Shown: positions 9,941 to 21,304, counted from the first letter of the stretch. The stretch: DNA of 64,000 bases from Gammaproteobacteria bacterium (GCA_965221335.1 CBDCSC010000002.1:25076-89075), one strand, 5' to 3'. Notes: generated from the sequence alone by a model not told the origin. Made by a program: numbers and translations.

Positions 9941-12250
9941 ATGAAAAAAACAAAAACCATCCAGCAGAAAATCGGTGAGGTACGCGATGCTGCACTGAAC
10001 TACCACCGGAGACCGCCTCACGGCAAACTGACGGTCCACGCGACCAAGCCGCTGGCGAACCAGTATGATCTGGCCCTGGCTTATTCGCCGGGGGTTGCCG
10101 CTGCCTGCGAAGAAATTGTGAGCGACCCGTCGGAAGCCTCCACGCTTACGACCAAGGGTAACCTGGTTGGCGTGATCAGCAACGGCACTGCCGTGCTCGG
10201 CCTGGGCTCTATCGGCCCGCTCGCCTCGAAACCGGTTATGGAAGGCAAAGCGGTGCTGTTCAAGAAATTCTCGGGCATCGATGTATTCGACCTGGAACTG
10301 AATGAGACCGATCCGGACAAACTGGTGGATATCATAGCCAGCCTCGAACCCACCTTTGGCGCCATCAACCTGGAAGACATCAAGGCCCCTGAGTGTTTTG
10401 TTGTCGAACGAAAATTACAGGAACGGCTGAGCATCCCGGTCATCCACGATGATCAGCACGGCACAGCCATCATCGTCGCTGCCGCCATCAGCAACGGTCT
10501 GCGGCTGGTTGGCAAGGAACTGGCGGAGATAAAACTGGTCACCTCGGGAGCCGGAGCCGCGGCCCTGGCCTGTCTGGACCTGCTGGTCGCGATGGGACTC
10601 AAGAAAGAGAACGTTATCGTCACCGATATAGCCGGGGTCGTATACCGGGGAAGAAGGAAAATGATGGACCCCTACAAGTCCCGCTATGCCCGGACCACAA
10701 AAGCGAGAACACTGGGCGCCGCGATCGACGATGCGGACGTATTCCTGGGTTTGTCTGTGGGGGATGTGCTCAAACCGGCTATGCTCAAGCGCATGGCAGA
10801 CAAGCCCATTATCATGGCCTTGGCGAACCCCGTTCCGGAAATTGCGCCGGAGACGGCGCGCGCGTTTCGGCCCGACGCGATTATCGCAACCGGGCGCTCA
10901 GACCTTCCCAACCAGGTGAATAATGTCCTCTGTTTCCCGTACCTGTTTCGCGGCGCGCTGGATGCGGGCGCGACCTGCATCAACGAGGAGATGAAAATTG
11001 CCTGCGTCAAGGCCATCGCCGACCTGGCCATGGCCGAATCTTCGGAAGTGGTAAGCCGGGCCTATGGCGGCCGCGACCTGATTTTCGGGCCTGACTATAT
11101 CATTCCCAAACCATTCGACCCGCGCTTGATCGTGCGCCTGGCGCCGGCTGTGGCCAAGGCTGCAATGGACACCGGCGTGGCAACCCGGCCCATCGCCGAT
11201 TTCAAAAGCTACCGCCAACGCCTGATCCAGTTTGTCTTCCAGACCGGCACTATCATGCATCCCGTCTTCGACCAGGCGTCGCGCGATCCGAAACGCATCG
11301 CCTATGCCGAAGGCGAGGAACGCCGGGTTCTGCAAGCCGCACAACAGGTGATCGACGAGGGCCTGGCGCGGCCGTTACTGGTAGGGCGCACGGAAGTCAT
11401 CAGCCACCGCATCGGCGAACTCGGACTGGCGATGGTCAAAGACAAAGACTTCGATGTGATCAACCCGGTCGAAGACCAGCGGTGCCTGGAGCTGGCCGAG
11501 CTGTATCACGACATCAAGGGACGCGCCGGAATCTCACCGGACGAGGCGCGCCGCATCGTGCGCACTCAATCCACGGCGCTGGCGGCCCTGCTGCTGATGC
11601 ACGAGGATGTGGACGCGATGCTGTGCGGCACCATAGGGCCATTTATCAACCACTTGACCCATGTGCGCGACATCATCGGCAAACGCGACAATGTCAGGGA
11701 TTTATCCTCCGTAACCGTGCTGGTGCTTCCCGAAGGAACGTTTTTCCTCTGTGATTCCCATGTTGTGCCCATGCCTGAAGTGGACGACATCGTGGCCATG
11801 ACCCTGCTGGCCGCTGAAGCTGTTCAGCGTTTCGGGATCAAGCCGCGCATCGCGCTGGTTTCACATTCCAACTTCGGCACCAGGGATAACGTTTCTTCCC
11901 AGAAAATGCGCGCCGCGGCAAAAATCCTGCAAGAGCGCGAACCGCAATTGGTCGTGGAAGGGGAGATGCACGCAGATGCCGCGATATCGGAAACCATCCG
12001 CACCAATGTGTTTCCCAATTCCAAGCTGCGCGGCCGCGCCAACACGCTGGTCCTGCCGAATATCGATGCGGCCAATATCTCGTACAACCTGCTGAAGATG
12101 CTCGGCGGCGGCGTGACCGTGGGACCGATGCTGGTGGGGGCAGCCCGGCCCGCCCATATCCTGACCAACGCATCGACCGCGCACGGCATCGTCAATATGT
12201 CCGCGCTGGCGGTGGTGGAAGCACAGAGCCGGACCCTGGCATCACGGTAG
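9941..12250 (+). CDS. maeB: NADP-dependent malic enzyme (malic enzyme + phosphotransacetylase-like domain)
   Basis: 769 aa. N-terminal malic-enzyme NAD(P)-binding region and a C-terminal PTA-like domain. Typical MaeB N-terminus (…[15 protein letters not shown]…). Confidence 0.9.
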   Translation: MKKTKTIQQKIGEVRDAALNYHRRPPHGKLTVHATKPLANQYDLALAYSPGVAAACEEIVSDPSEASTLTTKGNLVGVISNGTAVLGLGSIGPLASKPVMEGKAVLFKKFSGIDVFDLELNETDPDKLVDIIASLEPTFGAINLEDIKAPECFVVERKLQERLSIPVIHDDQHGTAIIVAAAISNGLRLVGKELAEIKLVTSGAGAAALACLDLLVAMGLKKENVIVTDIAGVVYRGRRKMMDPYKSRYARTTKARTLGAAIDDADVFLGLSVGDVLKPAMLKRMADKPIIMALANPVPEIAPETARAFRPDAIIATGRSDLPNQVNNVLCFPYLFRGALDAGATCINEEMKIACVKAIADLAMAESSEVVSRAYGGRDLIFGPDYIIPKPFDPRLIVRLAPAVAKAAMDTGVATRPIADFKSYRQRLIQFVFQTGTIMHPVFDQASRDPKRIAYAEGEERRVLQAAQQVIDEGLARPLLVGRTEVISHRIGELGLAMVKDKDFDVINPVEDQRCLELAELYHDIKGRAGISPDEARRIVRTQSTALAALLLMHEDVDAMLCGTIGPFINHLTHVRDIIGKRDNVRDLSSVTVLVLPEGTFFLCDSHVVPMPEVDDIVAMTLLAAEAVQRFGIKPRIALVSHSNFGTRDNVSSQKMRAAAKILQEREPQLVVEGEMHADAAISETIRTNVFPNSKLRGRANTLVLPNIDAANISYNLLKMLGGGVTVGPMLVGAARPAHILTNASTAHGIVNMSALAVVEAQSRTLASR

Positions 12251-12262
12251 TCTGCTGTTAGC

Positions 12263-12282
12263 GGGAGAATGCAACGTTCTCC
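12263..12282 (+). terminator. Possible stem-loop downstream of maeB
   Basis: GGAGAAtgcaacgTTCTCC inverted repeat 13 nt after the stop. No clear U-tract. Confidence 0.25.
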
Positions 12283-12400
12283 GTCAACAATTCCCTAGTC
12301 GAAGGTTATAGAACTAAAGGCCAGCTTTGGTATTTCTCAGTATGCGAATAAAAACACCAACCCCCTTGCACATTTTGTTAAGCGCGCCTATGATTAATGT

Positions 12401-12640
12401 GTGACTACGGGGGACGCAAAAAAGACCATACCTTCAGATACTCAGTGTTTGCAGAAAACACTGAGTGAAGCTGAGATTATGCAGCTTCTTCAAGATTTGC
12501 AACAACAATATGAAGAAGTAATGCAACTCGCTGATTTTGCTGATATTATTGACTCTTCGCAAGACATCTATCCGAGATATTCATGGGATAACCCTATTGG
12601 GCTTATCGTGACAGGAAGTCCAGATGCCAGCCTGGTCTGA
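12401..12640 (+). CDS. Small acidic hypothetical protein (79 aa) upstream of SDH protease
   Basis: ORF overlaps the start of the following protease gene. AT-rich context. No domain recognised. Confidence 0.35.
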   Translation: MTTGDAKKTIPSDTQCLQKTLSEAEIMQLLQDLQQQYEEVMQLADFADIIDSSQDIYPRYSWDNPIGLIVTGSPDASLV

Positions 12641-13568
12641 ACTGCAGGACGAGTTAATTGCTATCGAGCCCGAAAAAAGAGGCTCGTTTTTAGCAAAAAA
12701 ATCTCTTGACTTCACAGCTAAGATTGCGGAACGGTATCAACGCAATGTCCTATTCTACACATCCAGCTTTCTCCAAAAACCGCAAATTCCCGGGATTTTT
12801 ACCTCTATCAACATGGAGGATATAAATGGTTTTATGGCTGGCGTTCACGGGCACAGGTTCGATAAAGGCCTCCTCTTAATCCTCCATACCCCTGGCGGTA
12901 TGGCTGAAGCAGCTCAAACAATTGTCGATTATCTACGAAGCAAATTCAGCGAGATAGATGTCGTTATTCCCACTTATGCAATGTCAGCTGGCACGATGAT
13001 AGCCTTAGGATGTGACCGGATTGTCATGGGCCGGCAAAGTCAACTTGGACCTACCGACCCACAACTCATTGTAGGAAACAGGCCGTTTTCAGCACACTCA
13101 ATTGTCGATCAGTTTGAGGAAGCAAAAAAAAATATCGCTGGCAATCCGGCACTGGCCCATGCTTGGGCTCCAGTACTGCGATCATTCGGCCCTGCATTAC
13201 TTCAAGAAGCCAGAAAATCTATTACATATGGACAAAGCCTTGTTCAAAATTGGTTAGAAAAATACATGTTCGCTGATGCCAAAGACCCTGAAGCGTCTGC
13301 AAAAGAGGCAGCCGAGTACTTTGGCGGCGACCAACATGGGAGCCATGGAAAAAGAATTGACCGCAAAGAAGCAAAGTCGCAGAACATCAAAATCATTGAT
13401 TTGGAAAAAGACCAGGAATTACAAGAAGAAGTCCTTTCTTTGTATCATTTATCAACGATAGCCTTCGAACAAGGTCCGGCAATGAAAACTGTGATCAGCA
13501 GCAATGGCCGAATGTGGGTTAAGAATATGCAGATGGAGAAGGTCGTCCAAAACCCAAATTCAGCTTGA
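12624..13568 (+). CDS. SDH-family (ClpP-like) serine protease, PF01972-type (paralog)
   Basis: 314 aa. The motif ILHTPGGMAEAAQTIVDYL…IPTYAMSAGTMIALGCDRIVM…LGPTDPQ matches the same family as 7902-8756. Confidence 0.7.
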   Translation: MPAWSELQDELIAIEPEKRGSFLAKKSLDFTAKIAERYQRNVLFYTSSFLQKPQIPGIFTSINMEDINGFMAGVHGHRFDKGLLLILHTPGGMAEAAQTIVDYLRSKFSEIDVVIPTYAMSAGTMIALGCDRIVMGRQSQLGPTDPQLIVGNRPFSAHSIVDQFEEAKKNIAGNPALAHAWAPVLRSFGPALLQEARKSITYGQSLVQNWLEKYMFADAKDPEASAKEAAEYFGGDQHGSHGKRIDRKEAKSQNIKIIDLEKDQELQEEVLSLYHLSTIAFEQGPAMKTVISSNGRMWVKNMQMEKVVQNPNSA

Positions 13569-13646
13569 TAAAGTCCAGTTTCTGGATTTATATCAAACCA
13601 ACTACGATCTCTGATCAAGTCGTGCGGATTTGATAAGAGCTTCCTG

Positions 13647-15662
13647 TTACATATCAACCAGCGCCAATAATTCCACTCCCTCCTCCACCTTGTCACCCGC
13701 CAGGTAGCGCAAGGTCTGCACTGTGCCGTCGTGTGGCGCAATAATTGTGTGCTCAATCTTCATGGCCTCCAAAACCAGCAATGCATCGCCTTTGCTGACC
13801 TGTTGTCCCTCGGTTGCCATCACTTCGATGATCGTGCCTGGCATCGGAGCGATGAGGCTGCCGGTTGTTTCCTCTTCGGTTGAATGATCGGTATCGGGGA
13901 TTGGCTGCAAACGGTAGGTAGCGTTGGAGTCAAAAACAGTCAGCTCTTTATCATCTACAATCACTTCCACGCGTCGCCGTGTCGTATCCAGAATGGCTAC
14001 CAACCCGTTGTCCGTCTCCAGCCAGCCGGATGCCTGCATGACCTGCCCGCCGGCACGGATAAGGTAATTATGCTGCGAATGCTCACGCCTGTTGCCTGAG
14101 TCGGTGACCCCCACTTCATGCTCCTCAATGCCGTCATGGAAATGGAAACGCTGTTCCTCAACCAGGTTGGGCCGCCAGTTGTCGTTGACCCACCAAGGCG
14201 ATGTCGGATCGTCTGAGGTTTTCGCTTTTTCGCGGGCTCGGGTGGTGCGCACCAAGGCCTGGTACAGCGCGGCCAGGGCAAGGATATCAGCGCTGACTGG
14301 CGCCCTGTCCGGTATCAGTTCGGCATGGTGGCGATCAATAAATCCGGTGTCGAACTGTGCGGACTGGAACGCCTGGTGTGAGATGATCGAGTTGAGAAAA
14401 TCCACATTGGTTGCCACCCCGACCACCAGGGTCCGGCTCAGCGCCTCCAACATACGCCGCAGACAGTCGCTGCGGTCCTGGCCCAACACGATCAGCTTCG
14501 CCAACAGCGAGTCATAGTGAATCGAGACAGTGTCTCCCTGGCGCACACCGGTATCCACACGGAGTTGGGGTGATTCCGGCGGGAATCGCAGGTAGCTCAA
14601 GCTGCCGGTGGACGGCAGGAAACCGTTCTTCGGGTCCTCAGCATAGATTCGCGCCTCCAACGCATGACCGTTAATGGCAAGTTGTTCCTGGTTCACCGGC
14701 AGCGGTTCACCGGCGGCGACCCGCAACTGCCATTCGACCAGGTCCAGGCCGGTGATCAATTCGGTTACCGGGTGTTCGACCTGCAGCCGGGTGTTCATCT
14801 CCATAAAATAGAATTTGCCGCCGCTATCCACGATGAATTCGATCGTGCCGGCGCCGGTATAATCAATGGCGCGGGCGGCCTTGATTGCGGCAGCTCCCAT
14901 AACGTTGCGTGTTTCATCCGTCATGCCTGGCGCCGGGGCCTCTTCCAACAGTTTCTGGTGGCGCCGCTGAACCGAGCAGTCCCGTTCAAACAGGTGTGCG
15001 GCATTGCCTTGTTGGTCGCAGAAGATCTGTATCTCGATATGCCGGGGTTGTTCCAGGTATTTTTCCAGCAGCATCCTGTCATCATTGAACGCGCCCAGCG
15101 CTTCCCGCTTTGCCGAACGCAGCGCTTCGCTGAAATCAGCAGCGCTGTTCACTACCCGCATGCCTCTGCCTCCGCCACCCGCCGATGCCTTGATCATGAC
15201 TGGAAAACCGATTTTTTCTGCTTCGGCCAAGAGGAAGCTTTCGTCCTGGTCATCGCCGTGATAACCGGGAACAAGGGAAATACCGGCTTGCTGCATGATG
15301 GTTTTGGCCGCGCTTTTTGATCCCATGGCTTCGATTGCCCGGGGCGACGGGCCAATGAAGGTGATACCGGCGTCTGCGCAGGCTTCGGCAAAACCGGCAT
15401 TTTCCGAGAGGAAACCGTAACCCGGATGGATCGCCTGCGCGCCAATGAGTTCAGCCGCGCCGATCAGTTTTTCCACTGCCAGGTAACTGTCACGGGCAGG
15501 CGCAGGCCCGATGGCGACAGCTTCATCGGCCAGACTCACATGGCGCGCATTAACGTCTACCTCGGAATAGACCGCAACTGTCCCGATACCCAAGCGTTTT
15601 GCCGTATGGATGATACGGCAAGCAATTTCACCGCGGTTGGCGATCAATATTTTATTAAACAT
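13647..15662 (-). CDS. 3-Methylcrotonyl-CoA carboxylase alpha subunit (biotin carboxylase + BCCP)
   Basis: Starts MFNKILIANRGEIACRI… (biotin carboxylase). C-terminal AMKIE-type biotinyl-lysine motif (EAMKIEHT). Sits in a leucine-catabolism cluster. Confidence 0.85.
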   Translation of the reverse strand: MFNKILIANRGEIACRIIHTAKRLGIGTVAVYSEVDVNARHVSLADEAVAIGPAPARDSYLAVEKLIGAAELIGAQAIHPGYGFLSENAGFAEACADAGITFIGPSPRAIEAMGSKSAAKTIMQQAGISLVPGYHGDDQDESFLLAEAEKIGFPVMIKASAGGGGRGMRVVNSAADFSEALRSAKREALGAFNDDRMLLEKYLEQPRHIEIQIFCDQQGNAAHLFERDCSVQRRHQKLLEEAPAPGMTDETRNVMGAAAIKAARAIDYTGAGTIEFIVDSGGKFYFMEMNTRLQVEHPVTELITGLDLVEWQLRVAAGEPLPVNQEQLAINGHALEARIYAEDPKNGFLPSTGSLSYLRFPPESPQLRVDTGVRQGDTVSIHYDSLLAKLIVLGQDRSDCLRRMLEALSRTLVVGVATNVDFLNSIISHQAFQSAQFDTGFIDRHHAELIPDRAPVSADILALAALYQALVRTTRAREKAKTSDDPTSPWWVNDNWRPNLVEEQRFHFHDGIEEHEVGVTDSGNRREHSQHNYLIRAGGQVMQASGWLETDNGLVAILDTTRRRVEVIVDDKELTVFDSNATYRLQPIPDTDHSTEEETTGSLIAPMPGTIIEVMATEGQQVSKGDALLVLEAMKIEHTIIAPHDGTVQTLRYLAGDKVEEGVELLALVDM

Positions 15663-15705
15663 CGTTCCAATCCTGTGCATCCTGTAAATCCATGTTAAAT
15701 TGTAA

Positions 15706-16494
15706 TCACTTCAACCATGCGGGCTTGCGCTTCTCCAGGAACGCGGACAAGCCCTCCTTGCCTTCTTCCGAGGCGCGTATGCCGGCGATGCTCTCACTGG
15801 TCTGCCGCATGAGTTCCGGGGTTATCGGCTTGCCGGCAATGTCGAACACCAATTGCTTCGCCGCCTTCACCGCTTCGGGACTGTTGGACAGGACCAGACC
15901 GGCAGTTTTTTCGACGGCCTCATCCAGTGCGGATTCTTCCATGACCTCGGACACCAGACCGAGTTCCCTGGCGCGTTCGGCGTCAAAGCGTTCCGCCGTC
16001 TGGAAATAACGGCGCGCCGGTTTCTCACCGATGGCGCGGATCACATACGGACTGATCGTGGCCGGGATCAAGCCAAGTTTTACCTCACTGAAGGCAAACA
16101 CGGCATCGTCCGCGGCCAGCGCAATATCGCAGCATGCGACCAGGCCACAGCCCCCGCCCATGGCCGCGCCCTGCACCCTGGCGATTGTGGGCACGGGAAG
16201 AAAATTAAGCTTGTACAGCAACTCTGCCAGGGCATTGGCGTCCCGAACGTTTTCGTCCCGCGTGTAACCGGCCATGCGACGCATCCAGTCCAGGTCGGCG
16301 CCAGCGGAAAAGTTTTTGCCGTTGGAACGCAACACCATGAGCCTGCAGTCCCGATTGCCGCGGATTTCGTCCAGCGCTTTGCTCAACTCCGCAATAAAAT
16401 CCTCATTGAAGGCATTGTGTTTCTCAGGGCGGTCCAGGGTAATCGTGGTCACGCCCTGCGGATCGGTGTCACAGGTGATATACGTGTATGTCAT
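15706..16494 (-). CDS. Enoyl-CoA hydratase (methylglutaconyl-CoA hydratase-like)
   Basis: 262-aa crotonase-fold protein (…FSAGADLDWM…). Position between the MCC alpha and beta subunit genes. Confidence 0.8.
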   Translation of the reverse strand: MTYTYITCDTDPQGVTTITLDRPEKHNAFNEDFIAELSKALDEIRGNRDCRLMVLRSNGKNFSAGADLDWMRRMAGYTRDENVRDANALAELLYKLNFLPVPTIARVQGAAMGGGCGLVACCDIALAADDAVFAFSEVKLGLIPATISPYVIRAIGEKPARRYFQTAERFDAERARELGLVSEVMEESALDEAVEKTAGLVLSNSPEAVKAAKQLVFDIAGKPITPELMRQTSESIAGIRASEEGKEGLSAFLEKRKPAWLK

Positions 16495-16511
16495 AAAACT
16501 ACCCAGCCCGG

Positions 16512-18110
16512 TTACATGCGGAATATCCCGAACCGGGTTTCCTCCAGCGGTGCGTTCAGGGACGCGGAGATGCCCAGGCCCAGGACCCGGCGCGTGTCCT
16601 GCGGTGCGATGATGCCGTCATCCCAGACCCGGGCGCTGGCGTAATACGGATGCCCCTGGGTTTCGTATTGCTGCCGTATTGTCGCCTTGAAGGATTCCTG
16701 TTCCGCCTCGGGCCAGTCGCTTTTCACGTTGTCCAGCTTCACCTGCGCCAGCACATTGGCTGCCTGTTCGCCGCCCATGACCGAGATGCGGGCATTGGGC
16801 CAGGTCCACAGGAAGCGCGGGCTGTAGGCGCGCCCGCACATACCGTAATTCCCGGCGCCGAAACTGCCGCCGATAATGACGGTGAACTTCGGCACCGAGG
16901 TGGTGGCCACCGCGGTCACCATCTTGGCGCCGTCCTTGGCGATACCGCCGGCCTCGTACTTTTGCCCCACCATAAAACCAGTGATGTTCTGCAAAAATAC
17001 CAGGGGAATCCGTCTCTGGCTGCATAACTCGATGAAATGCGCGCCCTTCAGGGCCGACTCGGAGAACAGGATGCCGTTATTGGCGATGATGCCTACCGGG
17101 TAGCCGTAAATATGGGCAAAACCGCATACCAGCGTTGTGCCGTACAACGGCTTGAATTCGGCAAATTCGCTGCTGTCCACGATGCGGGCAATGACTTCCC
17201 GCACCTCGAAGGGTTTGCGCGTATCCGCCGGTACCACGCCGCCGATCTCTTCGATGTCATAGGCCGGTTCAATCGTCTCCCGGGTTTGCAGGTCATGTCG
17301 TTTGAGCATATTGAAATGGCTCGCGCAGCGCCTAGCCAGTTCCAGGGCATGCTTATCGTTCAACGCATAATGGTCGGTCACGCCCGAACGCCGGGAGTGC
17401 ACATCGGCGCCGCCCAGGTCCTCCGCGCTCACTTCTTCCCCCGTCGCCGCCTTGACCAGCGGCGGTCCGCCAAGAAATATCGTGCCCTGGTTTTTGACGA
17501 TAATGCTCTCGTCGGACATGGCTGGCACATAAGCGCCGCCCGCGGTGCAAGACCCCATGACCACAGCAAGTTGGGGGATGGCCTTAGCCGACAGGTTGGC
17601 TTGATTGTAGAAAATGCGGCCAAAATGATCCCGGTCCGGGAATACTTCATCCTGTTTCGGCAAAAACGCGCCGCCGGAATCCACCAGGTAGATGCATGGC
17701 AAGCGGTTCATGCCCGCAATTTCCTGGGCGCGCAGGTGTTTCTTCACCGTCATCGGGTAATAGGTTCCTCCCTTGACGGTGGCATCGTTTGCGACAATCA
17801 CGCACTCGCGCCCGGCCACGCGCCCGATGCCGGTGATGATCCCCGCCGCCGGCACGGCATTGTCATACATGTCCCAAGCGGCGAGCTGGGACAGCTCCAG
17901 GAAACGCGAGCCCGGATCGCACAGATGTATTATACGATCGCGCGCCAGCAGTTTGCCCCGCGACTGGTGTTTCTCCCGGGCTTTTTCATCCCCGCCCCGG
18001 GCAACGACACCAACCTTCTCGCTCAGGTCATCGACCAGGGCGCGCATAGCTGCGGAGTTGGTCTTGAATTCCTCCGACTGGGGATTAATCGCTGTCTTTA
18101 TCAGGGTCAT
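16512..18110 (-). CDS. Methylcrotonyl-CoA carboxylase beta subunit (carboxyltransferase)
   Basis: 532-aa acyl-CoA carboxylase carboxyltransferase family protein. Located in the operon with biotin carboxylase and isovaleryl-CoA dehydrogenase. Confidence 0.85.
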   Translation of the reverse strand: MTLIKTAINPQSEEFKTNSAAMRALVDDLSEKVGVVARGGDEKAREKHQSRGKLLARDRIIHLCDPGSRFLELSQLAAWDMYDNAVPAAGIITGIGRVAGRECVIVANDATVKGGTYYPMTVKKHLRAQEIAGMNRLPCIYLVDSGGAFLPKQDEVFPDRDHFGRIFYNQANLSAKAIPQLAVVMGSCTAGGAYVPAMSDESIIVKNQGTIFLGGPPLVKAATGEEVSAEDLGGADVHSRRSGVTDHYALNDKHALELARRCASHFNMLKRHDLQTRETIEPAYDIEEIGGVVPADTRKPFEVREVIARIVDSSEFAEFKPLYGTTLVCGFAHIYGYPVGIIANNGILFSESALKGAHFIELCSQRRIPLVFLQNITGFMVGQKYEAGGIAKDGAKMVTAVATTSVPKFTVIIGGSFGAGNYGMCGRAYSPRFLWTWPNARISVMGGEQAANVLAQVKLDNVKSDWPEAEQESFKATIRQQYETQGHPYYASARVWDDGIIAPQDTRRVLGLGISASLNAPLEETRFGIFRM

Positions 18111-18215
18111 AGATTATTGTTACCGCTGCGCACATAGCAGGCTTTGAACAACATATTGCAAGCGCTTCGGCAATATATTCTTCCTGTTTTTTCTGTGTTC
18201 TCTGCGAGCTTCCGA

Positions 18216-19394
18216 TCAAGCGGATTCCTCGAACAGCTCGCGCCCGATCAGCATACGTCGGATCTCACTGGTGCCGGCGCCGATCTCGTACAGCTTGGCA
18301 TCGCGCAGCAGGCGGCCGGTGGGAAATTCATTGATGTAACCGTTGCCACCCAGGGCCTGAATAGCTTCCAGGGCCATCCAGGTGGCCTTCTCCGCTGCAT
18401 ACAGGATAGCGCCGGCGGCATCCTTGCGGGTCGTCTCCCCGCGGTCACAGGCGGCGGCAACCGCGTAGACATAGGCCCGGCACGCATTCATGGTGGTGTA
18501 CATGTCGGCGATTTTCCCCTGCATAAGCTGAAACTCCCCGATGGACCGGCCAAATTGTTTGCGCTCGTGAATATAGGGGATAACCACATCCAGGCAGGCT
18601 TGCATGATGCCCAGTGGCCCTCCCGCGAGCACGGCGCGCTCGTAATCCAGGCCACTCATCAACACCCTGGCTCCTTCGTTGACCTTGCCCAGGACATTTT
18701 CTTCAGGCACCTCACAGTCTTCAAAAACCAGTTCGCATGTGTTGGAGCCGCGCATGCCCAGCTTGTCCAGCTTCTGCGCAGTGGAGAAACCCGGGAAATC
18801 GTTTTCTATGATAAACGCGGTGATGCCGCGCGGACCTGCGTCCGGGTCTGTCTTGGCGTAAACCACCAGCACCCGCGCATCCGGCCCGTTGGTGATCCAC
18901 ATCTTGCTGCCGTTGAGCAGGTACCGATCGCCCTGTTTGTCCGCGCGCAGGCGCATACCCACGACATCCGACCCTGCGCCGGTCTCCGACATGGCCAACG
19001 CACCGGAGCGCTCGCCGCTGATCAGTCCGGGCAGGTATTTGCTTTTTTGCCGCGCATTGCCGTTACGGCGTATCTGGTTAACGCACAGGTTGGAATGCGC
19101 GCCGTAAGACAGGCCCACTGAAGCGGAAGCCCGGCTGATTTCTTCCATGGCAAGCACATGTTCGAGATAGCCCATCGCCGCGCCGCCATACTCCTCTTCG
19201 ACGGTAATACCCAGCAAACCCATATCGCCCAGCTTGCCCCAGAGCTGCGCAGGAAACTCGTTGGTCCTGTCTATTTCATCAGCCAGCGGCGCAATTTCCG
19301 CTTGTGCAAAATCATGCACGGATTCACGCAGCATCTGCGCGGTATCGCCAAGGTTGAAGCTCAAGCCAGGGTAATCGGAATTTATCATCATCAT
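18216..19394 (-). CDS. Isovaleryl-CoA dehydrogenase
   Basis: 392-aa acyl-CoA dehydrogenase with the C-terminal …[12 protein letters not shown]… motif. First gene of the leucine-catabolism cluster. Confidence 0.85.
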   Translation of the reverse strand: MMMINSDYPGLSFNLGDTAQMLRESVHDFAQAEIAPLADEIDRTNEFPAQLWGKLGDMGLLGITVEEEYGGAAMGYLEHVLAMEEISRASASVGLSYGAHSNLCVNQIRRNGNARQKSKYLPGLISGERSGALAMSETGAGSDVVGMRLRADKQGDRYLLNGSKMWITNGPDARVLVVYAKTDPDAGPRGITAFIIENDFPGFSTAQKLDKLGMRGSNTCELVFEDCEVPEENVLGKVNEGARVLMSGLDYERAVLAGGPLGIMQACLDVVIPYIHERKQFGRSIGEFQLMQGKIADMYTTMNACRAYVYAVAAACDRGETTRKDAAGAILYAAEKATWMALEAIQALGGNGYINEFPTGRLLRDAKLYEIGAGTSEIRRMLIGRELFEESA

Positions 19395-19464
19395 CTCCCT
19401 GACCCTACGATAACGGAAAAATTCGGATTTTCAATTCCCCGACTAAGAAAAGTTAACAGTCAGG

Positions 19465-20025
19465 TCAGTTTTCCCCCGTCGCGACACCCAGGATAATGGC
19501 CGTGGAGCAGTGATAAATGGTGCTGTTCTCCATGCCAAGGCACCAGTTGATGTCGTTGTTGGAAAAGGCGCGGTAGGGAGGCGTGTCGTTCACGTTGTTA
19601 TTGCAGAGGCAACGGCTGCAGGAGGTCTTGCCGCAGCAGTCGTTGTAGGAAATGATGTAGTTCAGGTTGTCGGCCGGGTTCCTGCAGGTGCCGATCCAGG
19701 TCATCGGGTTCATGCTGGTGCCCGGGGGGCAGGAATTGTGGGTGCCGCCGCAGCAACTGCAGAGGAAGCCGTCGATGGCGCAATAGCGCCAGTAGTCGCA
19801 GGATGCCGGATCGCCCGGGTCGGCGTCCGGTTTGCTGCTGGTTTGCGGCGCGACGCCGTGATAGCCGCTGCCGCCGCCGGTGTCCGCGGCCCGGGCAACG
19901 GGCAACAGCGGTACGGCCGCGCTGCCGGCCAGGGTCAGTCCTATGCGTTTTAACAGGTGCCGTCTTGAGGTGCTATTAGCGACCTGCCGGGAAAATTTTT
20001 CAGTTAACTTATCCAACCAGTACAT
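19465..20025 (-). CDS. mauA: Methylamine/aromatic-amine dehydrogenase light chain (TTQ-bearing small subunit)
   Basis: Long Tat-type leader. A Cys-rich mature region is alignable with MauA (…CDYWRYCAIDG.LCSCCGG…CPPGT…YNDCCG…NDINWC…YHC…). Confidence 0.8.
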   Translation of the reverse strand: MYWLDKLTEKFSRQVANSTSRRHLLKRIGLTLAGSAAVPLLPVARAADTGGGSGYHGVAPQTSSKPDADPGDPASCDYWRYCAIDGFLCSCCGGTHNSCPPGTSMNPMTWIGTCRNPADNLNYIISYNDCCGKTSCSRCLCNNNVNDTPPYRAFSNNDINWCLGMENSTIYHCSTAIILGVATGEN

Positions 20026-20117
20026 GACTGTATCTCTCTATGCTCTTGGCCCGCAATTTGAAAGCGATTATATTTCCGTTAACAACTAGCGGGCTGGTAT
20101 CTCCAATAACCGAATCG

Positions 20118-21266
20118 TTATTTAGACGCATGCAGAATAAATGGCGTCTCAAATGCCCGGCCGCCGATGAAACGCAACCATTCGCCCGTGTCCGCAGCAT
20201 AAACGTCCAGGTCCATATTGCCGTTGGTCACAGCCAGGTAAGGCTGCTCACCCTGGGTCACTTCAATGGAAACACCCCATTCTTTCAGGCTGATGCGGGC
20301 AACGCGCTGTTTCGCATCCACGTCGTACACCCAGACCTCGCTGCCGCCGCCTTTATGGGAGCCGTTTTCACCATCAGGGTGCATGAGCATAAACAAACGG
20401 CCGCTATCCTCATGCGCAGTGGCAATCTGCCAGCCGCCGGGGCGCCAGTTTGCCTGCCGGTCAGGTTCCTTAAGCAAAGACCAGGCGTCCTGTATTTCGG
20501 GATCAGCGGCGTTCATATCGACCGGATGCACCATGCCCTTGAACGAGGGAAAATAATACACCCCGTCTATGACCGCTGGTTTGGCGAAAATAGGGTCGGT
20601 GTCGGCATCGAAAAAGGCAGGCGTGCGCGCCTGTTTCGAGATCTCTCCCTTATTGTCCAGGTGGGTGACCATCATGCTGTTATCGCCGCACAGGCTGCCG
20701 AAGCTGCGCTGTTTCGACGGATAGATCATCGTACAACCGCCGATGAAAACCTCTCCGAGAAAGGCGCGTTGCTCAATATCCACGACGCTCACGGAAGTGG
20801 CAGGCGTGAAATTGTACACCAGCAGCAGTTTTTCATTGTCCAGGAACTGCAGCGTGTTCTTGTGGGTGACGATCATGCCGCGCTTGGCGCCGGGCAGAAC
20901 CACCTCGGCAATCGGCGCCAGGTTGACCTTGTCGTAGATGGTGATCAGGTCTGTCTTCTCTCCGCGCAGGCGCCGGGAGTACACGGACTCGGCAACATAC
21001 ACTTCCGGTCTCGTGGTTGCGGCGAGAAACGACGGAAAATGGGATGAGGGGATGGATCCCTTGTAATGGCGGTTCTCTGCTGCGACATCGACCAGGACCA
21101 CTTTAGCGTCACTCAACGAGAAAAAGTTGGTGTCGTGGGCGTACACCCAGGTGTCCGGATAACTTGCCGGCAAAGTCTCCACTTTCGGAATCGTATCCAC
21201 CGGCAATTCCGCCTGCGCCGCCACATACATGAACCCGAACATCAAGCCGAATATTGCGCGTTTCAT
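20118..21266 (-). CDS. mauB: Methylamine/aromatic-amine dehydrogenase heavy chain (7-bladed beta-propeller)
   Basis: 382 aa with a signal peptide. Size and repeat pattern match MauB. Immediately upstream of the mauA-like gene. Confidence 0.7.
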   Translation of the reverse strand: MKRAIFGLMFGFMYVAAQAELPVDTIPKVETLPASYPDTWVYAHDTNFFSLSDAKVVLVDVAAENRHYKGSIPSSHFPSFLAATTRPEVYVAESVYSRRLRGEKTDLITIYDKVNLAPIAEVVLPGAKRGMIVTHKNTLQFLDNEKLLLVYNFTPATSVSVVDIEQRAFLGEVFIGGCTMIYPSKQRSFGSLCGDNSMMVTHLDNKGEISKQARTPAFFDADTDPIFAKPAVIDGVYYFPSFKGMVHPVDMNAADPEIQDAWSLLKEPDRQANWRPGGWQIATAHEDSGRLFMLMHPDGENGSHKGGGSEVWVYDVDAKQRVARISLKEWGVSIEVTQGEQPYLAVTNGNMDLDVYAADTGEWLRFIGGRAFETPFILHASK

Positions 21267-21304
21267 TGCTGCCTCCCCATGTTTTCCAGGAAAATCAGTT
21301 TATC

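Noticed and set aside
12250-12400. Looked for a tRNA or integration site between maeB and the right-hand low-GC islet.
   Set aside because: No cloverleaf-like segment or conserved tRNA T-loop/D-loop motifs could be discerned by eye; only a weak hairpin after maeB.
14664-16644. 218-aa and 263-aa plus-strand ORFs across the MCC alpha and enoyl-CoA hydratase genes.
   Set aside because: Antisense to conserved leucine-catabolism genes. No recognisable motifs.
17037-19121. 366-aa and 325-aa ORFs antisense to the MCC beta-subunit and isovaleryl-CoA dehydrogenase genes.
   Set aside because: Both overlap strongly conserved enzymes on the opposite strand and have GC-rich shadow-ORF composition.
20040-21047. 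335-aa ORF antisense to the mauB-like gene.
   Set aside because: Antisense to a clearly conserved beta-propeller gene. Arg/Ala-rich composition typical of GC-rich shadow ORFs.
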